Positions 22,911 through 36,458 are shown, counted from the whole stretch's first letter. The stretch is 46,730 nucleotides of DNA, filler included, from Salisapilia sapeloensis CBS 127946 (GCA_023334545.1; 6 parts of 6 records of this genome joined end to end with filler, not necessarily neighbours in it); one strand, 5' to 3'. Program-made: numbers and translations. The notes: generated by a model from the letters alone, not told the origin.

Positions 22911-24436
22911 TGCGTTCTTGTTTCATTTTCGAATACATTTTCCATTTTAATTTCAGTTGAATGTATCTTGCCCAGCCTTATAATGTAGATATATCATGAG
23001 ATGAGGAGGACAGAAAAGTCGCTTAAGATCATGAAAAGCACACCATATCATTGTATTCACGTCAAAGCATGCAATGCAGGCCAATCTCGTACTGAAGTGA
23101 TTCAGTTCTGTGACGGTACCGAATGCGTAAGATGATCATAAATTGTTTTTATGACTACCTACTCTAAAGTTGACTTGCTCCTGCTATCACTACATGATAT
23201 TTTCATTAGAAGTTTATTTTTTTTAATTTTGTGCTTAGATCGAGGTTCTGCTTCTGCTTTCTTTTACGCACGCATTTTGCTTATGCCTAGATCTAATCCA
23301 AGCCGCCTCCAGAGGTGGCTTAAGATAAATTGAAGCAAAGAAGCGACTCTTGAAACGGCGACATCTACATTGCTTAAACTTGACACACGAGGATAAGCAA
23401 ATGGATATGCTTGTTTCTACCTTTGAACCGGCTGAACATTGGCGTCCAAACGTGCTTAGAGTTTGAATGATAGACTGTTTCGTATCAAACGCAAAACTTG
23501 TAATTTTGACCCCTAGTTTTGTCGAAAATAGTTTATATACCAAAGCTATTTCTGACGGATTGAAAGTAGATAGCATGCAACAACTACTTAAGCTTGTAAC
23601 TATACCGCTGCTAGGTCGGGTTGTTCTATAGATTATGTACAACAAGTCAGGAAACGGAAGTTGCAAGCTGCATTTGTCTGGCAAAAGCAGATATGAGGAG
23701 GAAAATATTGATTTGCATGAATCCAAAGAACCTGAGGTTTCCATGGTGATTGTGACTTGGTCATGGACCAATGATCTCAGTTCTAGGTCACTCCTCGATG
23801 TGGTCAGTAAAGTAGAGATGAGTTGACTGGCTGTATCCTTCTCGAGTCAGATGATGGTCCAGGTATCCATAAACAGTAAGACTATGAGTGGCGTCAATGG
23901 TCTGTTCATTCCAACAGGTGCCATCTGGAATAGGGTTAGAACTCTTGATATCAAGTCGGCGCTTTAAATTAAGGACTCACGTACGAATTGGAATTAAATT
24001 GTCGATGTTGACAAATTAAAGCTTTATGCCGGAGACGCTGTCAATTTAAAGTAATACCCAAAAAGTCATAAAAATTATAAAAAGTTATGTTCAGAATCTT
24101 GGATTCCAGATATGAATCTAATCTACTTAATTACCTCATATGCTTGATTAATACTATATACACCATTGGTAGTCATCCGCTTGCGCTTGGCGCTAGCATA
24201 TCTTTTATGTCTGTTCTAAATGCAAGCATAGACCTTGCATTATTAGTGGCCAGAACACATACCTTACAAGCTAGAGCACCCGTAATTAGCTTTTTCTCTA
24301 CTGGTGATGCTGTAAGTAAAGTGACAGCACTATAGAGCCTTCGTTTTAGATTTAGCACCTGCAAAGACACCTTGTGGTTCAAAGGCTTGCCATGCACTCT
24401 CTAAACAGAAGAACTTTGCTCACTGTAACACTACTC

Positions 24437-25416
24437 ATGCTAGTTGGCATACGAACTGCTGTCTCTCTCTCTTTAATAAGAACAACAATAGATCCATGAT
24501 CGGTGACACAGTTGGAACTTCTACCGTTGGTGACGCAGCGAGAAATGCCACCACAACGAATGAAAACCGCGTATATCATGGAGAACGGATCAACTCGGTC
24601 GATGATGCCCCATTTATGGCATCAATTCGTACGTTACGTCCAATTGGAGAATACAGCTATCGCTCAGGATTTTTCATTAACAACAGGAACGTGCCGACAG
24701 CCGCCTATTGCGTTGTAGACCATGAAGGCAAAACACCACCGTATGAGCAATCTAAGGGTATTCTTGTAGCCTACCTTGAGCTTTACTATGAGAAGCGCTC
24801 TAGTAGTGAAGAAAGACGCACACCATTACACGTCAATTTTGATAAAAGTTATGATGTATACGGAGATGGTGACACACATTGCTATATTACAAATTAAGCA
24901 GAGACCAAAGTCCACTACGTATCTTCAGCTTATCGACTACGAAAGTGATGACGTGTTAGCTATAGGTACAATCGCAAAAACTTATGGCTTTGGTCAGCAT
25001 ACAGTCGCAGGCAACCGGGGTTATTTGCGAGTGGGTGAAGTGGTTATATCCAATCTTGGCGAATGCAAAAGCGCATGGGAACTTGAACTTATAACCGCCT
25101 TCCTAATCTCATCGAGTAATGGCCACTCAACCAAATTCTTAGTTCCCGTTGTGACTGATGGTAGTATTTTCACTGAGGCAGTAAAAGGCCAAGATACGAC
25201 AGGCGATGCCGGAGGCCCCCTGATTGTGGATGGGACAGCTGTGACCATGTACACCACTGGAAGCGCTATACCTGGAGACAAAAGCCAGCTATCCATATCC
25301 GTGTCCCAAAGATACTAGATTTTATCAGTTCGGAAACTAAGCCCGAAATTCACGCTGCTATAACGGCGGACAATAAACGGGGAAGGTCGTCTGACGACGA
25401 AGAGGAGAAAGGGTAA
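24437..25416 (+). pseudogene. Frameshifted trypsin-fold serine-protease homologue (GIP-like)
   Basis: PFMASIR, VPTAAYCV (cf. VLTAAHC), GD|IAIL across a frameshift at 24871-24880, TYGFG, GDAGGPLIV (cf. GDSGGPL) and PAIHIRVPKILDFI after another frameshift near 25280. A hydrophobic leader from ATG 24437 is out of frame. Confidence 0.82.
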
Positions 25417-26534
25417 AATTTGCTTAATACATGCCAGACCCATTACAAAATGAGCAAAAGTTATTTGTTGTAGCTAACTTTAATCGTTGAGTCTATTGCA
25501 TTCCTATCTGTAATGCTAAAATGTCATACAAATAAAGACAATAGCACTATTACTCTCGATGTCATTGCACTACGTGCTTAATGTAGATATCTACTTCTAA
25601 GATCCGACTATCACCCTGTAGATCGTGTATCACACATTCAGTTGCTAAACTACGAGCTGATCGAATCTTTCAAGTATAGCCAATGTACAATATCAATAAT
25701 GGCGAAAGAAATAGTCTTAAATGGACCTCTACTTACCTCTCTGCGCATCAATCCCAAGATTTAAATTTCTACTCGTTTAATCGATCTCTGGGCCTTTCGA
25801 GACAACCATTAGCGGTTCATTGTTGATTTATTTTGAACCGTCTTTCGATGAATGTGCCTTCTTACTCCATTCAATCTCCTCTGTTTACTCGAGTGCAACA
25901 GAGCAGCTTAAAGAGCCCGATTCATACAACGTGGTTCAGCGACTAAAACTCGGATCTTGTTTGTTTTCGTCATCGACAGGTTCACGTCATTATTTCTGTC
26001 ATCAGCTCTTGTGATGGCGATATTAAGAAAGCACGATGCGTCTACGTTCAATTAGCAACATTGCAAAGATTTATACAAGAATAAAGTAGCCACCACTATG
26101 CTATTGAGGTCACGAGAATCCACATTTATGCTCAACATACCTGTTCCTTTCTCGATAGAGGTAAGACACTTGACCAGTAGATAGTTTAGTAGAAGCTAGC
26201 AACGTGCCCTACGAGTGCAACAGCAATATCACTGCTGAGGTGTTTTAAATATTTCAAATTTAGAAATACCGCATTTGCTTTATCAAAGAAACTTTACTGC
26301 TGTGACTATCTTCGACAGCGTTTGGAATTTTCCCGTCCATTTTCCCATCAATCTATATATAATGGCCATATTGAAAGGGGCTAAGAAATGAGGGTACTAT
26401 TTGAGGGCAAATTGCCAGTGTGTCTTACAATCAACCTAGCAGCATAACCAAAAGTAAGCAAGAATAGACAAAGGCTGTGTTTGTTGAGCAGAATGTCGGG
26501 TATTATGCAAGGCATAGTAGGCATTGTGAAAGCA

Positions 26535-26634
26535 NNNNNNNNNNNNNNNNNNNNNNNNNNNNNNNNNNNNNNNNNNNNTTAATTAATTAANNNNNNNNNN
26601 NNNNNNNNNNNNNNNNNNNNNNNNNNNNNNNNNN
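26535..26634. other. Assembly gap / artificial contig linker
   Basis: N44-TTAATTAATTAA-N44. Confidence 0.99.
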
Positions 26635-26938
26635 AACAAATAGTCTACCTATAGTCTTTCCACAATCCATGCCTGTACCATACGTGCCTACAAGCCTCCG
26701 TCAGACATATACACTTGCGGTCAGTGGCCCAGTGAAATATATCCACAATCCAAAAAATAGGACTCTTGACATTTATACTTGATCTTTGTATACTATACAA
26801 AAGCTCATATAACGCGCCACACACAACTTTTCACGCATTACGAACACATTTAACCCCACCAAGTCGACCATTGCGCATCGTTTGGTACCACTTCTAAAAA
26901 AAGTTGTTGGTTCAATTTCGAGATATACAATTTCGTCT

Positions 26939-28752
26939 CTAGCACAAAACACACGAATCGTAGAAAAAAGATTCTTCCACTATACACTCCCGATCGACCT
27001 CCTCGACCTTGTCACCAACTCTTACAAAATTCTGATGGTGCAACGCAAAACGGTCGACTCTCCTAACGCACATATTGTCTCGTGCAGTGAACTCGGTAGA
27101 ATGTGTAAAGTGAACTTGCTCATTAGGAACTAGTCTGATTTGAAGCGTAGCAGTACCATTGCGTAAAGGGCACAACACCTTGGCTATCTCTCCAACACTT
27201 CCTTGTAGGGACTCAATTTTCGAATCCACTTGTTCAAGACTAAGTTTCAAATCTTGATGTAAGTCGTCCACTACAGAGCCTAAGACTGGCATAGCCTTTT
27301 GCAAACTCTGTTCTGCAAAAGTTTTGGATGGTCCTAATAGTGCGAAGTGCGTGCTATATAAACGTAAGAAATTGTTGAGAGATGAATATATTATGTTGCC
27401 ATATTGGGTGTCTAGGAATGATCTCTTGAAAAAATATAGAGTTTTAAAGAATAACTTTCCGTAAGTAATGAAGCATTTCCAAAAAGCATTTGCAGTGATC
27501 GATCGGTCGCAAGTTTTTTCTTGCCTTCTTTCTTGCCATCTTTCGACATGAGGAAGTATTTGCTTTAATAAACTATGAGATGGCTCCACAGAAACTCTTG
27601 GGAGAAAATAACTTTCCTGCAGTGGCTCGAACCCAGCCAAGGTCCTCATTGCTTCTCGTGGCAGTGACGTTAAATAGCAATTTTCTATCGCTTGGTTATT
27701 CGACCGATCTAGGCGTTATATTTGGTCCTCACTTGCGTCACCTAGATCGGCCATGCTCGCTCCTGAACCACGAGCTAAGTGGGGCTTTGCCTTACTTTCT
27801 ATTTCAATACATTTGAAGGCTGTACATAACGATTGGTAGTGTACTTTATATGGCATCTTTTTCTTCGAATCTTTGCCAGTTTTCAAGAGCTTGACAAGAT
27901 ACCACGAATCTTCGCTGCTAAAATCCGGGAAAGGCTCTTGCTCCACATGCCATCGCCAAAAGAAATAGAGTCCAAGTGGTTCGTGTGGACACACTCCTAC
28001 ATTCTTGTGTCGCATGCAAGCACCGATCTCAAGTCGCTTGTGCTGATTCGTCTTCCTTGTCGCATAACCATTACGGGAGCTTTACTTTCACTGTATTCTT
28101 CATGTTCTAACAGAAATTTATGTAAATCTGCAAGCTCCACCTTCCTAGTTGAATCGACTCGCATCAAGGCGTGGTGGCTTAACAGAAAGGCTACTAAATT
28201 TCTTAACGCAGTTCCCTATCCACGTGCCTGAGATCAAAAGTAATGGGCAATTTTAACCAAGTGGTCCGTAGTCGTGTAGCCGTCGAGTAACGTGTCCGCG
28301 CCACGACCTTTAAAGTTCTTCCGCTTTCTGTCATTCTCTTGAAAATCAGTTCGTTTTAGCAATGCTTTCACCGCGTCATTTCGTCGTGGCGGATTGCCGT
28401 TTACGTTCACTCTCGTTTGCTGTGACCACAGATCCAATATGGCGGCCACATAGAGTTTTACAGCTCACCGACCAACTATCGTCTTTGTGTCAGCTTTACC
28501 ATCTAACTTTTCATGGCGCGTTGCACGCCCAATAACTTGTTCTTATAAAAATAGATGAAGCTTGTCATCGGTTACTGTGAATCGAGTCATTTTGTTAAAA
28601 GCTTCCCCTTTTGGCACGCACCATTCCTGAAATTCCTTTCGCCGACTTTCGCAGCTCTTCTCGGTATCGGACGGACGAATAGTATACACCATTTCATAGG
28701 TTTCTTGCACGGCTTTCATCACGGTAACGCGCACACGTACCTCCTCTGTCAT
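26939..28752 (-). mobile_element. Degenerate Crypton (Ndc10-domain-II / tyrosine recombinase) transposon ORF
   Basis: Stitching frames gives EFQEWC...VTDDKLHLFL*EQV, YVAAILDLW, GRGADTLLDGY, LMRVDS.R..LADL, RQG(K)TNQH, CPH..LGLYFFWRW, KPHLARGSGA, DQI*RLDRSNNQAIENCYLTSLPREAMRTLAGF and YLRKVIL*NS...HPIW. This includes the R/K/HxxR/Y residues of tyrosine recombinases. It has multiple stops and frameshifts. Confidence 0.88.
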
Positions 28753-28828
28753 GGTAGATAAATCAGAACGGGCACTTTTTGTGTTTCTTTACTTGCCTTC
28801 TCTTCCGGAGCTAAAACGGCATCTGATA

Positions 28829-28837
28829 AGCCAATCA
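28829..28837 (+). promoter_or_regulatory. CCAAT box (AGCCAATCA)
   Basis: Exact 9-mer 77 bp upstream of the Crypton ATG, in the divergent region shared with Bax inhibitor-1. Confidence 0.45.
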
Positions 28838-29128
28838 TTTTCAAAAAGACAACCGGTAGAATAACTGCGATATTTACTCAATTGAAGGGAATGGTTTAAT
28901 TTATTCTGACTGATTAAAGGCAATCAAGCTAAGGTCGGGATCGGACCTCACTGTACATAACTTTTGTCGGGTAGTGCCCTAGGAGTGATGTTACATCGAC
29001 GTGACTTCGAGTATTTGTGGTAACATTCGTGCGACATTTATAACGTCTAAGAGAAGTTTGTACCACTTGAAAAGCGCTGCCGTGTTTCTTGCTCCGTTTC
29101 TAGGCTTACGTGTTCATCCGAACGAAAT

Positions 29129-30094
29129 ATGCAATCCGCTACAGCTCAACCGTCGAACTGGAACTTCGAGACGATGCTCAAGACGAGCGGCATCTCTCGT
29201 GAAGTTCAACTTCATCTTGCTCATGTTTATGCAATTTTGTCGCTTTGCGTCGTTTCCGCCGCAGCCTCTGTTGCCCTCGTGCTTGCTCTCGGCTCTGCGG
29301 TCGACTGGACTGGGACACTGGCGCTCGTCAGCTTCGCCGGAACTATTGGGGGTACCATTTGGCTGCAGAAAGAGCCGAAAGAGAATTTCCAGCGTCGTCT
29401 AGCCATCCTTGCCGGTGTCAGTGCATCTACTGGCATCAGTCTCGCTGCGTTGGTCGAAGTCGCTATCGATGTAGATCCGTCTATACTTGTTTCTGCTTTG
29501 TATGCGTGAGTTTTAAATCTTTATAGGATGTCGCTAACGAGAATCGAATGTAGCATGTTGACAACGACGGCTTTCCTATGCTTTACGGGCAGCGCGCTTC
29601 TAGGTGCGTACGTTCGGTACAAGTATCCATGTATTGAAAGTAACTAGTTGTGTTGCCAACAGCCAAGCGCCGTGCATACCTTTTCCTGGGCGGGATGCTG
29701 TCGTCTGCTGTGTCCATGATGATGATGGCTAGTCTCTTCAACGTCTTCTTCCAGTCTTCTATCGTCCACTCTGCCCACCTCGTACGTAAAAAGTTCCCAT
29801 GTACGTGATAAACTTTATTGTTTACTTTATTGTCTAGTACGGAGGCCTTCTCGTCTTCTGCGGCTACATTGTGTTCGACACCCAGATGATCATCGAAAAG
29901 GCGAGCATGGGCGACCTAGACCCTCTTCGCCATGCCCTCGAGCTTTTCCTTGGTACAACTGATTCACTTGGTTCTCTGAAACACTTTTAACGGTCAAATG
30001 TGTAGACTTTGTCGCGGTCTTTGTCCGTGTGCTCGTCATTCTTCTCAAGAACTCGGAGAAGAAGACGAACGAGAGCAACAAACGCCGTCGCTAG
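29129..30094 (+). CDS. BI1: Bax inhibitor-1 (TMBIM6 family), multi-exon
   Basis: [72 protein letters not shown] and a basic tail KRRR ending at TAG 30094. Confidence 0.92.
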
Positions 30095-30161
30095 TCTTCC
30101 TCCGTATCGAACAAAATATCATCATTCCATCTTTCCATTTCCAATGTAGCAAATATTCAAA

Positions 30162-31659
30162 CTAAATACACTCTTCCTGCCGTCGCTCCGTCTCTACCGC
30201 CGCGGGAGCCGACGCAGGAGCTTCCTCAACCTCTCCATCGTACACACTCTGGCACATCTCGCACTATTCCATCGTCACTACTACAAGACATCTTTAAGTA
30301 ACCTACGGAACATCATACCTGTAGTCGACGAGGCCGGTTCACAAATGTACACGCAGGACAACTCCACTCCTCCTGCGGCAGTGCCTTCTCGCTCAATCCA
30401 GCATCAAACTCCAGCAGCATCCGTGCTCTCGCGGCAGGAGAAGCCTGCGCCATACTTCGGCTAGACCACGGCGCGTCTTCACCAAAGTCCAACGGATCTG
30501 TGACGGCTGGAGAGGCCAATTCGTTTGGGTTGTTCCAGTTGCCCATCTGGAGCGTTGCCTGGAGGAAGATGCCGGCAGAGTCCATGACAAACTGCGGCCG
30601 GACGCTGTTATGGTCACCCGAGACGGCGATGAGATTGTGGTCGCCAGCGTACTGGGCACACAACTGTTGGCTGTGTTTGATCCTAATAAAGTCATCGTTC
30701 TTGGCGGCAATGAAGAGCGCCGGGACGAAGCTCTCGGCCGCGTGCGAGATCGGACTCAGCTTCTTGATGTCGAAGCCAGCCTTCTTCATGATGGCATTCC
30801 GCATGAACCGGACGACGAGTTTCACGATAAAGAGCGGAATCGTGTACCCTTCTTCCCTTCCTCTCTCGACAATGTCCAGGATCAATGTCTCGAGGTTCGT
30901 AAACGCACTATCGGACACCACGGCTGCAATCGAAGGATCACGATCTACATGCAGCAGCGCCGTAGCTGCACCCATGCTCCTCCCCCATAAGCCAATCGGC
31001 CCGACGTTCTCTTTATCTCTCAAGTGATCCGTCACGCACTTGAGGTCTTCTCGCTCAAAGTACCCGAGCGAAATGTACTCTCCGTCGCTCATGCCAGAGC
31101 CACTGCAGTCGAACGCCACGACTGTGATGCCAGACGCCAAGCATGTTCTCAATATGGACAGCGCTTCGAGCCGACAGGATGAATTCCCATGGAGGTAGAC
31201 GACGCATGGGAGCATCACGTTTGAAGTGACGGTCATCTCTGGCTTCCAGTGGGAGCATTCCAACTTTTGGTTTCGACTGTTGACGATCTGGAAGTCCTGT
31301 CGGACGAAGGCCTGTCCTCCGTAGTGAAAGGCAGCCGGGCCGAGGTCGGACAGGTCGTATTTTGCCCGTGGGGGTCGAATGATCAAGTTCACCAGGTCTG
31401 AAAAGCCATTCTTGAGCAAGTACCAGTATCCTAGGTTATTGCTGGCTTCCTGAGCGGCCCTTGGTCCCTGCTCGATCCCTCCTTGCTCCGTGGGAGAGGT
31501 AGCCTCATCGGCCGTCTCGAGCTCTTCCTGCTCCTGGATACTGCCGACACTACGAGACGTCTGTCGATTGGTGTCGGTCGTATGGGCAGCGTCTGCAGAG
31601 GTCGGGACAGAGTTGCGGCGGGCGATATCTTCGGACGCTCGGGACTCGGCGTTCCCCAT
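30162..31659 (-). CDS. Alpha/beta hydrolase (YqkD/ABHD-like) with N-terminal MG motif and C-terminal RanBP2-type zinc finger, 2 exons
   Basis: MGNAES start, VVYLHGNSS, DCSGSGMSDG, GLWGRSMGA (nucleophile), KNDDFI (Asp) and GDHN (His). Intron 30264-30318 completes WSCPACTFVNRPRRLQ|CEMC. Confidence 0.88.
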
Positions 31660-31903
31660 GACCTCCGTCCTGGGTCTAATTTTATAAAGCGACGTTCCGA
31701 GCCGTTCCACAAAGTGAGCGTTCGAGACTGCATACAATTGGATAGTCGGTCTAGCTGTACAATACTGAGACAAAGAGAGGTCAAGACAAGGCAAAGGCAG
31801 GAAGGTTCTCCTCTAAATCAAGTATCTATTGATCAACTAGATTAAAAAGGAGGATGCTTCGGCATGCAAATTCCCAAACGAGAGACGGAAGAAGGGCAGC
31901 AGC

Positions 31904-32292
31904 TTAGAATTGGGGTCCGGCAACCTTCTTCTTCTCACCAAGCTCGAAGTGCTTGGTACGCTTCATCGGAAGCTGCTTCTTCGTCTTGCACTCCTTGCAC
32001 TCGAGACGGAGGGTGATCTTACGCGTCGTCTTGGCCTATTATTCAAGCACACACACACATAAACACTTTAGTCACTGCGTACATGCTATCGGAAAAAAGT
32101 CGAGCTCACCTTCTTGTGGAAGACGGGCTTCGTCTGACCACCGAAACCCTTCTGCTTCTCGTTATAACGACGAGCGCCCTGGGCGTACACAGAGGCCTTG
32201 CCAGCCTTGTACTGGGACACCTTGTGCCAGGTGTGCTTGTGGCATTTCTTGCCGGCACAGTACGTGCGGCGCTCCTTAGGCATGTTCACCAT
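31904..32292 (-). CDS. RPL44: 60S ribosomal protein eL42 (L36a/L44), 2 exons, 104 aa
   Basis: [12 protein letters not shown]...[13 protein letters not shown]|[17 protein letters not shown]...KHFELG, with intron 32036-32109. Confidence 0.97.
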
Positions 32293-32627
32293 TTTAGCTT
32301 AACTGTACACACACATGTATTCGTCAGTCCTGTCCTCTCGGGCGTCTCCATCATGCGGATATACGCTACCTTTTTGCGTTCCCGTCGGGCAATCCGAAAC
32401 TTGTCTTTCCTTCGTCCGATTCCACCAGCCAGTCACCAGCCAACCGACTTGCACTTCATCTTTGTATACTACCTCCGTTCCAATAAAACCGCTCCGTTGT
32501 GCCCTCCCGGCTGTATGGCATCGTCCTGATTAATAATGCATGGTCGGAAATACCACTCGCACGAAATACAGCTCCATCGGTGCAGCTTTTCTAAGACATA
32601 TCCACCAAACGACGCCGGAAGACGAGA

Positions 32628-33753
32628 ATGCTGCCCACGACGACGCAGGCTGAGCGCGTTGCCAACCTTCGTCAAGTGCTACGTATGTCCTAGTCGTGTA
32701 CAACTCGTCAGTCGACAAGAGCTCACCTAGCATATCAAAACCATAGATGATGGAAAGGCGACCATCATGCCTGGCTGCTACGACGGACTCTCCTCTAAGC
32801 TCATTGAGCGTGCAGGTATAACCAACCTTCAACCTTCATCTCCTGCTTGCTAACAATGTCGTGTGCTAGGATTTGACGTTGCATTCATGACTGGTTACGG
32901 CGTCTCTGCAGTCCATGGTTTCCCGGATACCCAGGTACATTCGCCGCTTCTCTCGTGAGTACATGCTCATAGTCTCACACATGCCTACGTGCAGCTTGTA
33001 TCCGCAGCAGAAATGGTCCAAGCCGCCACAACAGTTTGCTCTTCACTCAAGTCGCTTCCCTGCATCGGCGACGGTGATACTGGCTACGGTAATGCCATCA
33101 ACGTCAAACGTACGGTTGCCGCCTACGCCAGTGCAGGCATGGCTGGCATCATGCTAGAAGACCAAGTCTCTCCAAAGCGCTGCGGACATACGAAAGGAAA
33201 GGCCATCGTTCCTCGCGATGAGGCCGCTGCACGTATCCAAGCTGCCGTTGATGCTCGGAAGGAAGGGAACTTTGACATCGTGATCATGGCCCGCACGGAC
33301 GCCCGAGCGACGGACGGACTGGAAGAGGCCATCCAACGCTGCATCATGTTCCACGAATTAGGAGCAGACATTACGTTCCTGGAGGCTCCGCGCTCCGTGG
33401 AGGAGATGAAAGAGTACTGTAGCCGAGTGCCTGGCATCAAGACTGCCAACATGGTGGAGAAAGGTATGACACCGGTCTTGTGGCCTCAGCAGCTGCAAGA
33501 GATCGGATACGGACTCATCATCTACCCCGTGACGCTACTCAACGCTACGCTCAAGACCATGGAGAAATCTCTCCATCTTCTAGATCAGCAATCCTGTGAC
33601 CCAAACACCAAGGCAGCGGATGGGAACGCAACTCCGAATGAGGAGTTGAATGCCTTGCTGGTGGATTTTGAGTATTTAAAGGACGTCGTCGGGTTCAACG
33701 ACTACTATGCAGAGGCAGACAAGTACGGGGCGTCAAAAGACCGGAGTGAATAA
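32628..33753 (+). CDS. Isocitrate lyase/PEP mutase superfamily lyase (methylisocitrate / dimethylmalate lyase / OAH-like), 4 exons
   Basis: PGCYDGLSSKLIERAGF, DGDTGYGN, LEDQVSPKRCGH (catalytic-loop Cys), MARTDAR and FLEAP. Confidence 0.9.
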
Positions 33754-33784
33754 AAAGTCGTTTGGACGATGAATGACGGGTCTT

Positions 33785-35310
<1,526 letters not shown>

Positions 35311-35390
35311 CCTGCCCTGGCGCTGGTACTGTCCAAGGGATTCGACACGAAGCAAGAATGTAGCTATGTTTAGGATATGTATCATATAAC

Positions 35391-35399
35391 AGCCAATCA
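35391..35399 (+). promoter_or_regulatory. CCAAT box (AGCCAATCA) in the DUS2/DRC8 divergent promoter
   Basis: Exact 9-mer in the ~207-bp head-to-head spacer. Confidence 0.55.
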
Positions 35400-35517
35400 C
35401 CATCCATAAAAAGGAAAAAGAGATATTTATAACCAGAGTTTCCACTAGCAATGCACTCTGATCAGTACCTTCTGCGTCAAAGATCATGAAACCTCCACTC
35501 AAGAAAAAAGCAAAAGG

Positions 35518-36272
35518 ATGGAGGATGACAAAATACTGCGATCGCGCATACGAGCTGCTTTCGCCATGTTTGATAAGGATGATCAGGGATGCGTTATTCA
35601 AGAGTGAGCTCAATCAATCTGCATCACGATATATTCTTGCTAAACCGATGATGAGATAGAGAAGTAAGCACCATCATGAGATACTTGGGTGCATACCCGA
35701 GCGAAAAAGACATTATAAGAAAGATACTTCCAGAGGTCTAAAGCCTTTCAATCACTATGATAATTGTTATGGAATGCTGACATCAACGTTGTATTTACCT
35801 GGTTGCGGCAGATGCAAGAAGATGAACCATCCACATTTGTGACATATGAGCGCTTTGAGAAGAAGATGCTCGAGGTTCTGCATACGAGAGAGTACGAACC
35901 CGACACCGAGGACACATTGCTGACCGCTTTTCGAGTATGTTCGTTGGCAATATATTCTTGCACTAGCACATTAATCGAAACACTGTCATCATGGCCTACT
36001 GTGTAGGTAATTGACGTAGAGAAGAAGGGATATGTGGAACAAGAAACTATGAGAGAGTTGCTAGTAACTAAAGCTACACCGTTTCGAGAGAAGGAGGTCG
36101 AAGGTAACCATTTCTGCAATGATCAAGCTCAGCCCAACTCTCCCGACTAACATACTGCAAAATAGCCTTCATGCAAGTTGCGACAGATCGCCAAACGGGT
36201 CGAATATACTATGAGGATTATATCGCGGTACTCGCGAAAGCTTTGAACCCCGCAGCGATTACGCTGGCGTAG
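35518..36272 (+). CDS. DRC8: EF-hand protein EFCAB2 / dynein regulatory complex subunit 8, 5 exons
   Basis: RIRAAFAMFDKDDQGCVIQE|EVSTIMRYLGAYPSEKDII...ILPE|MQEDEPSTFVTYERFEKKM...DTLLTAFR|VIDVEKKGYV...TPFREKEVE|AFMQVATDRQTGRIYYEDYIA. The start is uncertain. Confidence 0.85.
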
Positions 36273-36458
36273 AACATGATAATCATACGATAGTCTTTAT
36301 CCAATCTATCTTTAGTTGTGTAGTCGTTTCATGTTGCTTAAAATTGCGACCACCGTGAGACTCTTTCGCGGTCCCAACGCCGGTTAGATATACTACTGAC
36401 CTTTATCATCGCTCAGGACTATACACGCTTAACCATCAGGTCCTGGACGTACATTAGC

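Noticed and set aside
22910-24400. DDE domain continuing the CENP-B HTH gene as a full pogo transposase
   Set aside because: No DDE_1-like motifs or TIRs were seen downstream, and the ORF ends cleanly at 22910.
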